Assembly (NCBI GenBank): GCA_963667785.2
Contig: CAXXMU010000005.1
Span: forward strand, 160,001 to 224,000
DNA from: Alphaproteobacteria bacterium
GTDB taxonomy: Bacteria > Pseudomonadota > Alphaproteobacteria > UBA828
DNA: 64,000 nucleotides
Reading direction: 5' to 3'
Numbering within the stretch: the first letter of the stretch is position 1; each line of letters begins with the position of its first letter. This document shows positions 50,465 to 61,612 of the stretch, piece by piece. The translations under genes and the position numbers were made by a program. Below the pieces are notes generated by a model, which saw only the letters and a program-made list of their open reading frames with translations, did no database searches and was not told where the DNA came from.

Positions 50465-51811
50465 CTAGGGACCGGTTTCCGCCACGAAGCGCTCGAACCA
50501 GTGGATGTCGTAGTCGCTCGCGGCGAACGCCGGGCTTGCGAGCAGGCGCAGGTGCAGCGGGATCGTGGTCGAGACGCCCTGGATGACGTATTCCTCCAGC
50601 GCCCGCCGGAGCCGCATCACGCAGGCCTCGCGGCTCGCGGCCTGGGCCACGACCTTGCTGATCAGGCTGTCGTAGTAGGGCGGGATGCGGTAGCCGTCAT
50701 AGAGCGCGGAATCGACGCGCACTCCGAGGCCGCCCGGCGTGTGGTAGCCGCTGACGGTGCCGGGCGAGGGGCGGAAGGTCTCCGGATCCTCGGCCGTGAT
50801 GCGGCACTCGATGGCATGGCCGGTGAAGCGCACGTCCTCCTGGCCGAAGCCGAGCGGCTGGCCGGCGGCGACGCGAAGCTGCTCCTGCACCAGGTCGATG
50901 CCGGTGACCATCTCGGTGACCGGATGCTCCACCTGGATGCGCGTGTTCATCTCCATGAAGTAGAAGGCGCCGTCCTCGTAGAGGAACTCCAGCGTGCCGA
51001 CCCCGCGGTAGCCGAGCTCGCGCATCGCGGCGCCGACCCGGCTGCCGATCTCCTCGCGCATGTGTGCGTCCAGCGCGGGCGACGGGGCCTCCTCCAGCAC
51101 CTTCTGGTGGCGGCGCTGCAGGGAGCAGTCGCGCTCGCCGAGATGGACCGCGTTGCCGTGCTGGTCGGCGAGCACCTGCACCTCGATATGGCGGGGTGCG
51201 GCGACCAGCTTCTCCAGATAGAGCGCATCGCTGGCGAAGGCCGCCTCGGCCTCGGCGCGCGCCATCGCCACCGCGCCGGCGAGCTCGTCCGGCCGGTCCA
51301 CCCGCTGCATGCCGCGCCCACCGCCGCCCGACACGGCCTTGATCAGGACCGGATAGCCGATCTCGTCCGCGGCCTCGGCGAAGGAGCCGGCATCCTCCAG
51401 CGCGCCCGCCGAGCCCGGCACCACCGGCAGGCCGAGCGCGGCTGCGGTCTGCTTGGCGCGCACCTTGTCGCCCATGAGCGTGATGTGCGACGGGCTCGGG
51501 CCGATGAAGATGAAGCCGTGCTCCTCGACGATCGTGGCGAAGTCGGCGCTCTCGGAGAGGAAGCCGTAGCCCGGGTGGATGGCGTTGGCATTGGTGATCT
51601 CGCCGGCGGCGATGATCGCCGGGATGTTGAGATAGCTCTCCCTCGGCGCCGGCGGGCCGATGCAGACCGATTCGTCCGCGAGCCGGGCGTGCATCGCCTC
51701 CGCGTCCGCCGTCGAGTGCACGGCGACGGTCTTGATGCCGAACTCCCGGCAGGCGCGGATGATTCGAACCGCGATCTCCCCCCGGTTGGCGATCAGCACC
51801 TTGTCGAACAT
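50465..51811 (-). CDS. accC: acetyl-CoA carboxylase biotin carboxylase
   Basis: [49 protein letters not shown]. Confidence 0.97.
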   Translation of the reverse strand: MFDKVLIANRGEIAVRIIRACREFGIKTVAVHSTADAEAMHARLADESVCIGPPAPRESYLNIPAIIAAGEITNANAIHPGYGFLSESADFATIVEEHGFIFIGPSPSHITLMGDKVRAKQTAAALGLPVVPGSAGALEDAGSFAEAADEIGYPVLIKAVSGGGGRGMQRVDRPDELAGAVAMARAEAEAAFASDALYLEKLVAAPRHIEVQVLADQHGNAVHLGERDCSLQRRHQKVLEEAPSPALDAHMREEIGSRVGAAMRELGYRGVGTLEFLYEDGAFYFMEMNTRIQVEHPVTEMVTGIDLVQEQLRVAAGQPLGFGQEDVRFTGHAIECRITAEDPETFRPSPGTVSGYHTPGGLGVRVDSALYDGYRIPPYYDSLISKVVAQAASREACVMRLRRALEEYVIQGVSTTIPLHLRLLASPAFAASDYDIHWFERFVAETGP

Positions 51812-51816
51812 TCGCC

Positions 51817-52296
51817 TCACTCGAGGATCAGCAGGACCTCGCCATACTCGACCCGGGCGCCGTTCTCGGCAAGAATCCGCGTCACGCGCCCGGCGCGCGG
51901 GGCGCGAACCGGGTTCATCGTCTTCATCGCCTCGACGATGAAGAGCGTCTCGCCCTCGGCGATGTCGTCGCCGACCGTGACGAAGGGGGGACCGCCCGGC
52001 TCCGGCGCCACGTAGACCACGCCGACGAGGGGGGAGATCACCGCGCCCGGATGCGACGCGTCGTCCGCGCCGGCGGCGGCCGGCGGCTCCACCTCGCCCG
52101 CCGCCGGCGCCGAGTGCGGGGCGGCCTGGGCCGCGGGCATCGCCGCTGCGGCCGGCGCGGGCTTGCGGGCGATGCGGATGCGCCCCTCGCCCTCGCCGAT
52201 CTCGATCTCGGTCAGCCCCGCCTCGTCGAGCACCGCCGCGAGGGCGCGGATCAGCTCGATGTCGGGCCGGGGGGCGGCGGGGGGTTTCTGCGCCAT
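51817..52296 (-). CDS. accB: biotin carboxyl carrier protein
   Basis: EAMKTMN biotinylation motif, Ala/Pro linker. Confidence 0.95.
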   Translation of the reverse strand: MAQKPPAAPRPDIELIRALAAVLDEAGLTEIEIGEGEGRIRIARKPAPAAAAMPAAQAAPHSAPAAGEVEPPAAAGADDASHPGAVISPLVGVVYVAPEPGGPPFVTVGDDIAEGETLFIVEAMKTMNPVRAPRAGRVTRILAENGARVEYGEVLLILE

Positions 52297-52300
52297 CGCC

Positions 52301-52744
52301 TCACTCCCCGTCCAGCAGGGCGCGCATGCCGTCGAGCGCCAGCAGATAGCCGCGCGCGCCGAAGCCGCAGATCGAGCCCTGCACGGCCTGCGCGACGTAG
52401 GAGCGCCGGCGGAAGGGCTCGCGCCGGTGGATGTTGGAGAGATGCACCTCGATGGCCGGCAGCGTCTGGCCGCGCAGCGCATCCATGAGGGCGACAGACG
52501 TGTGGGTGTAGCCGCCGGGGTTGAGGACGATGCCGGCGTGGTCGGCGTGGGCCTGCTGAATCCAGTCGATCAGCTCGCCCTCGTGGTTGCTCTGCCTGAA
52601 ATCGACGGCGAGGCCCAGGCCCTGCGCATGGCTCTCGCAGAGCGCGCGGATGTCGTCCAGGGTCCGGCGCCCGTAGATCTCCGGCTCCCGCAACCCCAGC
52701 AGATTGAGGTTGGGGCCGTTCAGAATCAGGATATTGGCACTCAT
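52301..52744 (-). CDS. aroQ: type II 3-dehydroquinate dehydratase
   Basis: [30 protein letters not shown]. Confidence 0.97.
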   Translation of the reverse strand: MSANILILNGPNLNLLGLREPEIYGRRTLDDIRALCESHAQGLGLAVDFRQSNHEGELIDWIQQAHADHAGIVLNPGGYTHTSVALMDALRGQTLPAIEVHLSNIHRREPFRRRSYVAQAVQGSICGFGARGYLLALDGMRALLDGE

Positions 52745-52921
52745 GGCCACGGCAGCCCGCGATGCTCGCCCCGAGGCCGGTCTAGCACGGCCGGGACTCG
52801 GGCATCAATCCGCGCGTCGCCCCCGCCGGCCGCAGTTGAAATCGCGAGGCTCCTCACCAATACTCAGACGAGGCCCTGGCGCGGCCGCAGGCCACGGCAC
52901 TCACGCCGACGGATTGTAGCA

Positions 52922-53914
52922 ATGCAGGTGCAGATCAACGGCGAGCTCCGCGAGTTCGAGGAGCCCCAGTCGGTCCACAGCATCGTGACGGTGCTCGGCC
53001 TCGATGCGCGCAAGATCGCCGTCGAGCACAATCTCGAGATCGTCCCCCGCAGCGCCTATGACCGCACCGCGGTGGCCGCCGGCGACCGGCTCGAGATCGT
53101 GCACTTCATCGGCGGCGGCGCCGACCCGGCGCCGGCTGCGGCCGAGGACGACGGCTGGGAGGTCGCCGGCCGGCGCTTCCGCTCGCGGCTGATCGTCGGC
53201 ACCGGCAAGTATCGGGACTTCGAGCAGACCGCCGCGGCGCTGGACGCCTCCGGCGCCGAGATCGTCACGGTCGCGGTGCGCCGGGTGAACGTCACCGACC
53301 CGAACGCGCCGATGCTGATCGATTACGTCGATCCCAAGCGCTACACCTATCTGCCCAACACCGCCGGCTGCTTCACCGGCGAAGACGCCGTGCGCACGCT
53401 CAGGCTCGCGCGCGAGGCCGGCGGCTGGTCGCTGGTCAAGCTCGAGGTCCTGGGCGATCAGGAGACGCTCTATCCCAACATGCCGGAGACGCTGCGCGCC
53501 GCCGAGATACTCATCAAGGACGGCTTCGAGGTCATGGTCTACTGCAACGACGACCCGATCATGGCCAAGCGGCTGGAGGACATGGGGTGTGCCGCCATCA
53601 TGCCGCTGGCGGCGCCGATCGGCTCCGGTCTCGGCGTGCAGAACCCGGTCGGCATCCGCATCATCGTCGAGCGCATCGCCGTGCCCGTGCTCGTCGACGC
53701 CGGCGTCGGCACGGCCTCCGATGCCGCCCAGGCGATGGAGCTGGGATGCGACGGCGTGCTCATGAACACCGCCATCGCCGGCGCCAGGGACCCGGTGCTG
53801 ATGGCGCACGCCATGCGCCATGCCGTCGAGGCCGGCCGGCTCGCCTATCTCGCAGGCCGCATGGCGAAGAAACGCTACGCCGACCCGTCGTCGCCGCTCG
53901 GCGGGCTGATCTGA
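52922..53914 (+). CDS. thiG: ThiS-ThiG fusion (sulfur carrier plus thiazole synthase)
   Basis: N-terminal MQVQING...EIVHFIGGG (ThiS) in frame with [27 protein letters not shown] (ThiG). Confidence 0.93.
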   Translation: MQVQINGELREFEEPQSVHSIVTVLGLDARKIAVEHNLEIVPRSAYDRTAVAAGDRLEIVHFIGGGADPAPAAAEDDGWEVAGRRFRSRLIVGTGKYRDFEQTAAALDASGAEIVTVAVRRVNVTDPNAPMLIDYVDPKRYTYLPNTAGCFTGEDAVRTLRLAREAGGWSLVKLEVLGDQETLYPNMPETLRAAEILIKDGFEVMVYCNDDPIMAKRLEDMGCAAIMPLAAPIGSGLGVQNPVGIRIIVERIAVPVLVDAGVGTASDAAQAMELGCDGVLMNTAIAGARDPVLMAHAMRHAVEAGRLAYLAGRMAKKRYADPSSPLGGLI

Positions 53915-53960
53915 ACGGGCCGGCCGCCGCCGGTCGCAGCTCTCGTCGCGCCCGCCGCGC

Positions 53961-55313
53961 TCACCGAGCCCTGCCCGTGGCCACCTCGGCCGCGTTGCGG
54001 ATGTCCTCCGCCCTGAGCCAGGACGCGCTGCCGTGCGGCAGACCCTCCGCGGCGACGCCGGCATGGTAGAGCGCCTTGTCGTAGTCGCCCCTGAGATAGG
54101 CAGACTCCGCGAACGCCAGCATGGAGGGCGCTCGCTCGCCCGCGCGGCCGCGCGCGATGCCCAGGTGATACCAGTACCCGGGCTCGGTCCGCTCCAGCCG
54201 GGTGGCGGTCTCCAGATGCCCGATCGCGTCGGCCAGCAAAGCCTCGTCGCCGGCCTCGATCTGGGCGCGGGCGAGGCCGAGCCGCAGCAGCGCCGCGTCC
54301 TCCCGCAACGCCACCGCGCGGCCGTAGGGCGCGATCGCCTCGCGCACGCGGCCGTTCTCGAAGAGGACCTGCCCCTTGAGCTCGTGGAACCAAGGGTCCT
54401 CGGGATGGAGCGCGAGCAGGGCGTCCAGTTCGGCCAGCGCGCGCGGCAGGTCTGGGATGCGGTAGTAGGCGATCGCGCGGGCGTAGCGGGCGACGGTCGA
54501 CTCCTCGGCATAGGCGGCGAGCGTTCGCTCTGGAGGATCGAGAAACCCCCTGAGCTTCGCCACCATCCGGTCGTGGGCGGTGCGCAGCGCCTCCGGGGCT
54601 TCGTCCGCGATCCCGCTCTCCCCCTCCAGGTGGTCGCGGATGAAGCGGACCCGCTCCCGGGTCAGCGGGTGGGAGCGGACATAGGCGTTGCCCTGCATCG
54701 GCGAGAGCCGCTCGCGCTCCTCCAGCCTCTGGAACATGTGCAGGAGGCCGCGCGCGGACTGCCCGGTGCTGGCGAGGAGGCTCACGGCCGCCTGGTCGGC
54801 CGCCTGCTCCTGCGCCCGGCTGTAGCGCAGGAAGGTCTGCTCCGCCACGGTCTGGCCGCCGACCACGATCGCGCTGCCGACCTCGCCCTGTCCGGCGATG
54901 ATGGCGCCGGCACCGAGGATGGTCGCCAGGATCATCTCCGCCGATGCGTCCTCCATCGCGCCGCGCGTGCGCGCGAGGTGGCCGCCGGCGATATGGCCGA
55001 TCTCGTGAGCGAGCACGCCGATGATCTCGCCCGGCTCCTCGGCCGCGGCCAGCAAGCCGCTGGTGAGGAAGAGATTGGGTCCGCCGGCGATGAAGGCGTT
55101 GATGCCGGGATCGTTGACGATGTGCAGCCGGACCGTGCCGTCGTCGAGGCCTGCCGCCTCCAGCAGTGGCGCGGCATAGGTGCCGATGGTAGTCTCGATC
55201 TCGGCGTCGCGGATGAGCGACATGCCCTGCGGTCTCGCCGGCGTCGCCGCCGCGAGGACCAAGGCGAGAGCTACGCAGGCGAGTGCCGCTGCGCGTGCAA
55301 GACGGATGACCAA
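53961..55313 (-). CDS. M48 metalloprotease with TPR repeats (BepA/YfgC-like)
   Basis: Signal peptide, LIRDAEIE, NAF, HEIGH zinc motif, E..AD, SHP. Confidence 0.92.
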   Translation of the reverse strand: MVIRLARAAALACVALALVLAAATPARPQGMSLIRDAEIETTIGTYAAPLLEAAGLDDGTVRLHIVNDPGINAFIAGGPNLFLTSGLLAAAEEPGEIIGVLAHEIGHIAGGHLARTRGAMEDASAEMILATILGAGAIIAGQGEVGSAIVVGGQTVAEQTFLRYSRAQEQAADQAAVSLLASTGQSARGLLHMFQRLEERERLSPMQGNAYVRSHPLTRERVRFIRDHLEGESGIADEAPEALRTAHDRMVAKLRGFLDPPERTLAAYAEESTVARYARAIAYYRIPDLPRALAELDALLALHPEDPWFHELKGQVLFENGRVREAIAPYGRAVALREDAALLRLGLARAQIEAGDEALLADAIGHLETATRLERTEPGYWYHLGIARGRAGERAPSMLAFAESAYLRGDYDKALYHAGVAAEGLPHGSASWLRAEDIRNAAEVATGRAR

Positions 55314-55437
55314 CGCTTACGTTCCAAGGGGTAGGGGCTTGGATATGCCGCTTGCGCGCCGCCGTCAATGGGCCGCTCCCGTCGCCCCGGCCTCCGGCGC
55401 CGCCCGCGCCGCCCAGAGCGCGCCCTAGGGGGCAGCG

Positions 55438-56598
55438 GTGGCGGCGTCACGGCGCGCATCGGTCGCGCCCTTCTTCGCGATGGAGATTCTCAAGGCCGCC
55501 ACCGAGCGCGCGGCGACGGGCGCGCGCGTCTACCACATGGAGACCGGCGAGCCCGGCTCGGGCGCGCCCGAGGGCGTGCTGGCGGCCGCGCGGGCGGCCC
55601 TGGCGGAGACCAAGATCGGCTACACCGAGGCCCACGGCGTCACCGCGCTCCGCGAACGCATCGTCGCCTTCTATGAGGAGCGGTACGGCTTCAACCCTGC
55701 GCTCAAGCGTGTCGTGGTCACGACCGGGGGGTCCGCCGGGCTGATCCTCGCGTTCCTCGCCGCCTTCGATGTCGGCGATCGGGTGGCGCTGGCCAATCCC
55801 GGCTATCCCGCCTACCGCAACACGCTGCTCGCGCTCGGGCTGGAGCCGGTGCTGCTGCCGACCAGCGCGGAGACACGCTTCCAGCCGACGGTGGCGATGC
55901 TGGAGGCGCTGGAACGCTCGGAGCGGCCGGTGCGCGGGCTGGTGGTCGCCAGCCCGTCCAACCCGACCGGGACCATGCTGCCCAGGCGCGAGCTCGAGGC
56001 GGTGGCGGCGTTCTGCGACGGCCGGGGGATCCGCGTGGTCTCGGACGAGATCTACCACGGCATCACTTATGGCGAGCCGGCGGCCAGCGTCGCCGGCTTC
56101 TCCGAGTCCGCGGTCGTCATCAACGGCTTCTCGAAGTATTTCGCGATGACGGGCTGGCGGCTGGGCTGGATGATCGTGCCGGAAGACCTCGCGCGGGCGG
56201 TGGAGCGCCTGGCGCAGAACCTCTTCATCTCGCCGCCGTCGCTCTCGCAGCGGGCCGCGCTCGCCGCGTTCGATTGCCGGGACGAGCTGGAGGCCAACGT
56301 GGCCCGCTACGCCCGCAACCGCGAGATCGTCCAGCGGGCACTGCCGGCGGCCGGCTTCGGTGCGCTTGCCCCCTGCGACGGCGCCTTCTACGCCTACGCC
56401 GACGTCTCGGGCCTCAGCGACGACAGCGAGGCCTTCTGCCGGCGCATGCTGGCCGAGTGCGGGGTCGCCGCGACCCCCGGCATCGATTTCGACACGGAGC
56501 GGGGGCGGGCCTTCGTCCGCTTCTCCTACGCGGGCGCGACAGACGAGGTGGAGGCAGCCTGCGCCGCCCTCGGCCGCTGGCTCGCGCCCGGCGGCTGA
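55438..56598 (+). CDS. class I PLP-dependent aminotransferase
   Basis: SPSNPTG, SDEIYHG, FSKYFAMTGWRLGW. Confidence 0.93.
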   Translation: MAASRRASVAPFFAMEILKAATERAATGARVYHMETGEPGSGAPEGVLAAARAALAETKIGYTEAHGVTALRERIVAFYEERYGFNPALKRVVVTTGGSAGLILAFLAAFDVGDRVALANPGYPAYRNTLLALGLEPVLLPTSAETRFQPTVAMLEALERSERPVRGLVVASPSNPTGTMLPRRELEAVAAFCDGRGIRVVSDEIYHGITYGEPAASVAGFSESAVVINGFSKYFAMTGWRLGWMIVPEDLARAVERLAQNLFISPPSLSQRAALAAFDCRDELEANVARYARNREIVQRALPAAGFGALAPCDGAFYAYADVSGLSDDSEAFCRRMLAECGVAATPGIDFDTERGRAFVRFSYAGATDEVEAACAALGRWLAPGG

Positions 56599-56611
56599 GG
56601 CCCGGGCCGCC

Positions 56612-59251
56612 TCAGCGCGACGTCGAGCTGAGGCGCTGCCACCAGCCGCGACGCCGGGGCCGGTCGGCCGCGTCGTCGTCCAAAGCATCGCCCAGCCTGT
56701 CCGCCGGCGTCTCCTCCAGCGCGGGCAGCGGCGCGGTCTCGTCCGCGTCGGCGCCGTTGCTGCCGTCGCCGGCGGGGGCTCCGCGCGCGGCAGGCGGCTC
56801 GGCCACCGCCACGACGGACACGGGCATCGCCTCGTCGCCGGGCGCGGCGGTCTGGTCGTCGTCCCGGGCGGCATCCGGCGCAGGAGCCCGCTCGGCGTCC
56901 TCGGCGGGGGGCTCGGGCGCAGGCGCGGGCTCCGCTGCGGGCGCGTCGTCGTCGGCAATCCCCTCGGCCGCAGGCGGCACCGCCGCGTCCTCGGCGGCCG
57001 CCTCCGGTGACGCCTCCTGAGACGCCTCCGGGGCCGTCTCGCCGGCGCTCTCGCGCGGCTTCTCCTGCTGCTTCGCCGTCCGGCTGCGCCCGCCACGCCG
57101 GCCGCGGCGACGGCGCTTGGCGCGAGGCGCCTCGTCGGTCTTGCCGTCGGCCGCCTCGGCAGCCTCCTCCGACTCGGCTTCGGTCTCGGCGCGGCCGTCG
57201 GCCTCGGCCGGCTCGTCCGCAGCGTCCCTCGCGGCGGTTGCGACAGCGACGTCCTCGGCCGCCTCCGAGCGGGGCTTGCGCCGCCTGCGCCGCCTGCGCT
57301 TCGTCGGCTCGGCCGTATCGCCTGCCCCGTCGGCCTCGTCCCGAGCGGTCGCCGGGGCGGGCTCGTCCGGCTCCGCCCCGGCGGGCTCGGCCAAGGGTGT
57401 GGTCCGGGTGGCGACGCGCTCGATGGCGTAGCTCGGCGGCACCAGGCTGTCGTCCTGCTCGAAGCCCACGGCGAAGTCGTAGCGCTGCTCGATCTCCTCC
57501 AGCATGGGGCGCTTCCGGTTCAGGATGTAGAGCCCGACGGCGGCCGGCACGCGCAGGCGGATTTCGGCGCTCTTGCCCTGCAGCCCTTCCTCCTCGATGG
57601 CCCTGAGCGCATGCACCGCCGAGGATTCCACCGAGCGCCGGACGCCGGTGCCGCCGCAGCTGCCGCAGCGCTCCATGCTCGCCTCCACCAGGCTCGGGCG
57701 CAGCCGCTGGCGCGACAGCTCCATCAGGCCGAAGGGGCTGATCCGGCCGATGCGGATGCGGGCGCGGTCGTTGCGCATCGCCTCCTTGAGCCTGCGCTCC
57801 ACCGCCCGCTGGTTGCGGTTCTCGTCCATGTCGATGAAGTCGATGACGATCAGCCCGGCAAGGTCGCGCAGCCGAAGCTGGCGCGCGATCTCGTCGGCCG
57901 CCTCCAGGTTGGTCTTGAGCGCGGTCTCCTCGATCGAGCGCTCGCGCGTGGCCCGCCCCGAGTTCACGTCGATCGCCACCAGCGCCTCGGTGGGGTTGAT
58001 GACCAGATAGCCCCCGGACTTGAGCTGCAGCTCCGGGCCGTACATGGAATCGAGCTGGCTCTCCACCTGATAGCGGACGAAGAGGGGGATGCGGTCGCGA
58101 TAGGCTTTGACCCTCGAGGAGTGGCTCGGGATCATCGTCTTCATGAAGGTCTTGGCGGTCTTGTAGCCCTCGTCGCCCTCGATCAGGATCTGCTCGATGT
58201 CGCGCGTGTAGAGGTCGCGGATCGAGCGGCGGATCAGATTGGCCTCCTCGTTGATGACGCAGGGCGCCATCGATTCCATGGTGAGATCGCGGATGTTCTG
58301 CCAGCGGCGCAGCAGGTACTCCAGATCGCGCCTGATCTCGGTCTTGGAGCGCGACAGGCCCGCGGTCCGCACGATGACCGCCATGCGCGCCGGGATGTCG
58401 AGATCGTTCATGATCTTCTTGAGGCGGCGGCGGTCTTCGGCGTTGACGATCTTGCGCGAGATGCCGCCGCCCCGGATCGCGTTGGGCATCAGGACGATGT
58501 AGCGGCCCGCGAGCGACAGGTAGGTGGTCAGCGCCGCGCCCTTGTTGCCGCGCTCCTCCTTGACCACCTGCACCAGGAGGATCTGGCGCTTCCTGATGAC
58601 CTCCTGGATGCGGTAGCGGCGGCTGAGGAGCGAGCGGCTGGCCTGCAGGCGCCGGCGCTCCAGATCGTCCATCTCGTCGCCGCCCATCACCTCGATGTCG
58701 GCATCGGCGGCGGCCCGGCCGTTGCCATTGCCGTTGCCGTTGGCGTCGCTCTCGGCGATATCGTCGGCGCCGCCCTCGCCGTCCGTGCCGGCGGCGGTCC
58801 CCGGTTCGCCCGGCCCGCCTTCCTCGGCGGCGCTCTCGTCGACCGCCGCCGCGGCGGCCTCCGGCGCGGCCTCGGCCTCCGGCGGCGCGTCGCCGTCCGC
58901 CCCGGCCTCGACCCCGTCCCCGGCCGCGTCCACCGGCGGGCCGTCGGCCGCATCGTCCGCGCCGACTGCCGCCTGCTCGGCGTAGAGCGCCTCCCGGTCC
59001 TCGACCGGGATCTGATAGTAGTCGGGGTGAATCTCGTTGAAGGGAAGGAAGCCGTGGCGATTGCCGCCATAGTCGACGAACGCCGCCTGGAGCGAGGGCT
59101 CCACGCGCATGACCTTGGCTAGATAGACATTTCCCTTGAGCTGCTTGCGCGCAGCCGATTCGAAGTCGAACTCTTCTAGGCGCGTTCCGTCCGCCACGAC
59201 CACGCGGGTCTCTTCCGCGTGGCTGGCATCGATGAGCATGCGTTTGGCCAT
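56612..59251 (-). CDS. rne: ribonuclease E
   Basis: MAKRMLIDASH.EETRV, HGFLPF.EIHPDY, IDVNSG, IDFIDM, CGSCGG Zn link, Arg/acidic C-terminal region. Confidence 0.97.
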   Translation of the reverse strand: MAKRMLIDASHAEETRVVVADGTRLEEFDFESAARKQLKGNVYLAKVMRVEPSLQAAFVDYGGNRHGFLPFNEIHPDYYQIPVEDREALYAEQAAVGADDAADGPPVDAAGDGVEAGADGDAPPEAEAAPEAAAAAVDESAAEEGGPGEPGTAAGTDGEGGADDIAESDANGNGNGNGRAAADADIEVMGGDEMDDLERRRLQASRSLLSRRYRIQEVIRKRQILLVQVVKEERGNKGAALTTYLSLAGRYIVLMPNAIRGGGISRKIVNAEDRRRLKKIMNDLDIPARMAVIVRTAGLSRSKTEIRRDLEYLLRRWQNIRDLTMESMAPCVINEEANLIRRSIRDLYTRDIEQILIEGDEGYKTAKTFMKTMIPSHSSRVKAYRDRIPLFVRYQVESQLDSMYGPELQLKSGGYLVINPTEALVAIDVNSGRATRERSIEETALKTNLEAADEIARQLRLRDLAGLIVIDFIDMDENRNQRAVERRLKEAMRNDRARIRIGRISPFGLMELSRQRLRPSLVEASMERCGSCGGTGVRRSVESSAVHALRAIEEEGLQGKSAEIRLRVPAAVGLYILNRKRPMLEEIEQRYDFAVGFEQDDSLVPPSYAIERVATRTTPLAEPAGAEPDEPAPATARDEADGAGDTAEPTKRRRRRRRKPRSEAAEDVAVATAARDAADEPAEADGRAETEAESEEAAEAADGKTDEAPRAKRRRRGRRGGRSRTAKQQEKPRESAGETAPEASQEASPEAAAEDAAVPPAAEGIADDDAPAAEPAPAPEPPAEDAERAPAPDAARDDDQTAAPGDEAMPVSVVAVAEPPAARGAPAGDGSNGADADETAPLPALEETPADRLGDALDDDAADRPRRRGWWQRLSSTSR

Positions 59252-59665
59252 TCTTGTGCTTTCTCCGTCCGGGAGCGCGCAGGGGGCGTTGCCCCGTGTG
59301 AGCGCGTCCGCGGGAACGCGATGCAGCGCCGTGCCCGTTCGCCGCCGCCGGCCGGCGCATGCCGGTCTCGTCTCACGACGGTCCGCCTCACGGCGGGGAC
59401 GGTCGGCTCGATTGTGGGCGGCTGCCGCATCGAAAACGTTCCATGGTTTCGATGAGTAGGATCGTCGGACGCTCCCGCTGCCTCCCGGCATCGGTGCCGG
59501 GCGACCGCCGTTCTCGCGTTCGCCACGCGTGCGGCGCGGCGCGTCCGTCCGTAGTGTCGCGCTGTCAATATAGGGCCGCTGGCGCCCGGAGGCAATGCCG
59601 GCCTGCCGGCGCCCACCGCCGCGGCCCGCGTTTCCGGCCGCGACTCTACTCTCTCCGGGCCGGCG

Positions 59666-59694
59666 TTGACGCTCACCGGGGCGCTCACTACATT
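59666..59694 (+). promoter_or_regulatory. putative hrcA promoter
   Basis: TTGACG-N17-TACATT, 33 bp upstream of the hrcA GTG. Confidence 0.5.
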
Positions 59695-59727
59695 CAGGCC
59701 GCCTACGAAAAAGGACGGGATCGCACG

Positions 59728-60765
59728 GTGCTGCGCGAACTGACTGACCGCTCGCGGGAGGTGCTCCGCCGGCTGGTGGAGGAATTCATGGAGACCGGCC
59801 AGCCGGTCGGCTCGCGCACGCTCTCGCGCCGCCTGTCCACGCCCGTGTCGCCGGCCACGGTGCGCAACGTCATGGCCGACCTGGAGGATGCGGGCCTGCT
59901 CTATGCGCCCCACGTCTCGGCGGGGAGGCTACCGACCCAGCTCGGCCTCAGGATCTACGTCGACGGGCTGCTCGAGCTCGGCCACCTCACCGAGGAGGAG
60001 CGCGCCAGCATCGAGGGCAGGTGCCATGCCGCCGGGCGCACCGTCGAGGAGATGCTGACCGAGACCACCGAAGCGCTGTCGGGCCTGTCAGGCTGCGCCG
60101 GACTGGTGCTGGCGCCGAAGGCCGACGTGCCCTGCCGCCAGGTGGAGTTCGTGAGCCTCAGCCAGGGCCGCGCCCTCGCGGTCATGGTGACGGAGAGCGG
60201 GCTGGTCGAGAACCGCGTCATCGACCTGCCCCAGGGCATGACCCAGTCGCATCTGAGCCGCGCCACCAACTACCTGAACGCCAGGCTCGCCGGCCGCACC
60301 CTCGTCGAGCTCAGGGACGAGATCCTCGGCGAGATCGAGGAGCACCGGGCCCAGCTCGACGATCTCACGGCGCGCGTGGTCGAGGCCGGCATCGCCGAGT
60401 GGGCGAACGGCGCGCGCGACCACGGCAGCCTCATCGTGCGCGGCCGGGCCAATCTGATCGACGACGTGACCGCGCTGGCCGACCTCGAACGGATCCGGCA
60501 CCTCTTCGATGCCCTCGACGAGCGCAACGACTTCATAAGGCTGCTGGAGAGCACCGAAGGGGCGGAGGGGGTCCAGATCTTCATCGGGGCGGAGAGCACG
60601 CTCTTCGCCTCGACCGGATGCTCGATGATCGTCGCCCCCTACCGCGATTCGGACGCGCGCTTCATCGGGGCCATCGGCGTGATCGGCCCGACCCGGATCA
60701 ACTACGGCCGCATCATCCCGATGGTCGATCACACCGCCGCGGTCATCGGCCGCGTGCTCGGCTGA
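59728..60765 (+). CDS. hrcA: heat-inducible transcription repressor
   Basis: GQPVGSRTL, SPATVRNVMADLE, PHVSAGRLPT, GVIGPTRINY. Confidence 0.96.
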   Translation: MLRELTDRSREVLRRLVEEFMETGQPVGSRTLSRRLSTPVSPATVRNVMADLEDAGLLYAPHVSAGRLPTQLGLRIYVDGLLELGHLTEEERASIEGRCHAAGRTVEEMLTETTEALSGLSGCAGLVLAPKADVPCRQVEFVSLSQGRALAVMVTESGLVENRVIDLPQGMTQSHLSRATNYLNARLAGRTLVELRDEILGEIEEHRAQLDDLTARVVEAGIAEWANGARDHGSLIVRGRANLIDDVTALADLERIRHLFDALDERNDFIRLLESTEGAEGVQIFIGAESTLFASTGCSMIVAPYRDSDARFIGAIGVIGPTRINYGRIIPMVDHTAAVIGRVLG

Positions 60766-60827
60766 GCGGGCAGGATCCGGCGCCGCGGCGCAATCCCTGG
60801 CGGGCGCCAGGAGGGACGAAGGGAACC

Positions 60828-61550
60828 ATGCACGACGAGACGGAACGGGCCGGGCCGGAGAGCGAAGCCGCCGCGCCCGCGGCCGAGGCGGACGGTCCGG
60901 GCGATGCCGGCATGCCGGAGGCCGGCGACGGCGGCGGCGAGGGGGAGGCCGCGGCCGCTGAGGATGAGCCGTGCGGGCCCGAGGCCGGCGAAGAGGACAC
61001 CGACGAAGGCGGGGACGACGCCCCGGGCGGCGAGGCAGCGCTCAAGGATCAGCTCCTGCGTGCCCTTGCCGATGCCGAGAACGCGCGGCGCCGGGCCAAG
61101 AAGGATGTCGAGGACGCGCGGACTTACGCCATCTCGCGCTTCGCCCAGGACCTGCTCGGCGTCGCCGACAATCTCGCCCGCGCGCTGGACAGCATCCCCG
61201 CCGAGCGGCGCGACGGCGACGACGCGGTGAAGGCGATCGCCGACGGCGTCGAGATGACGGCGCGGGAGTTCGAGGCGGCCCTGGCCCGCCACGGCATCAC
61301 CAGGATCGACCCGCTGGGCGAGAAGTTCGACTACAACTTCCATCAGGCGCTGTTCGAGACCGCGGACACCGACCAGCCGGACGGCACCGTCGTCCAGGTG
61401 CTGCAGACCGGCTACAGGATCGGCGACCGGCTGCTGCGCGAGGCGATGGTGGGCGTGGCCAAAGGCGGCGCCGCGCCGGCAGACGAGGGCGACGATGCGG
61501 ATGCGGAGGACGCGCCCGCAGCGGACGCGCCCGCCGATGAGCCCTCATGA
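60828..61550 (+). CDS. grpE: nucleotide exchange factor GrpE
   Basis: LLRALADAENARRR, DNLARAL, HQA, GYRIGDRLLREAMV. Confidence 0.96.
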   Translation: MHDETERAGPESEAAAPAAEADGPGDAGMPEAGDGGGEGEAAAAEDEPCGPEAGEEDTDEGGDDAPGGEAALKDQLLRALADAENARRRAKKDVEDARTYAISRFAQDLLGVADNLARALDSIPAERRDGDDAVKAIADGVEMTAREFEAALARHGITRIDPLGEKFDYNFHQALFETADTDQPDGTVVQVLQTGYRIGDRLLREAMVGVAKGGAAPADEGDDADAEDAPAADAPADEPS

Positions 61551-61584
61551 GCCGCCAAGAGCGTTGCCTGCGCCACCCTCGCGG

Positions 61585-61612
61585 CTTGCAGCACGCGATT
61601 CCGCACCCATAT
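61585..61612 (+). promoter_or_regulatory. RpoH (sigma-32)-type promoter of dnaK
   Basis: CTTG-N17-CCCATAT. Confidence 0.7.

Noticed and set aside
52734-52760. CIRCE-like half site TTGGCACTC
   Set aside because: No second half site, and it overlaps the aroQ start; no CIRCE was seen at hrcA, grpE or dnaK either.
52745-52921. TPP riboswitch upstream of thiS-thiG
   Set aside because: Conserved CUGAGA and downstream core motifs not found on the coding strand.
59563-59568. TTGACA on the minus strand as the rne -35 element
   Set aside because: No acceptable -10 element at 16-18 bp spacing.
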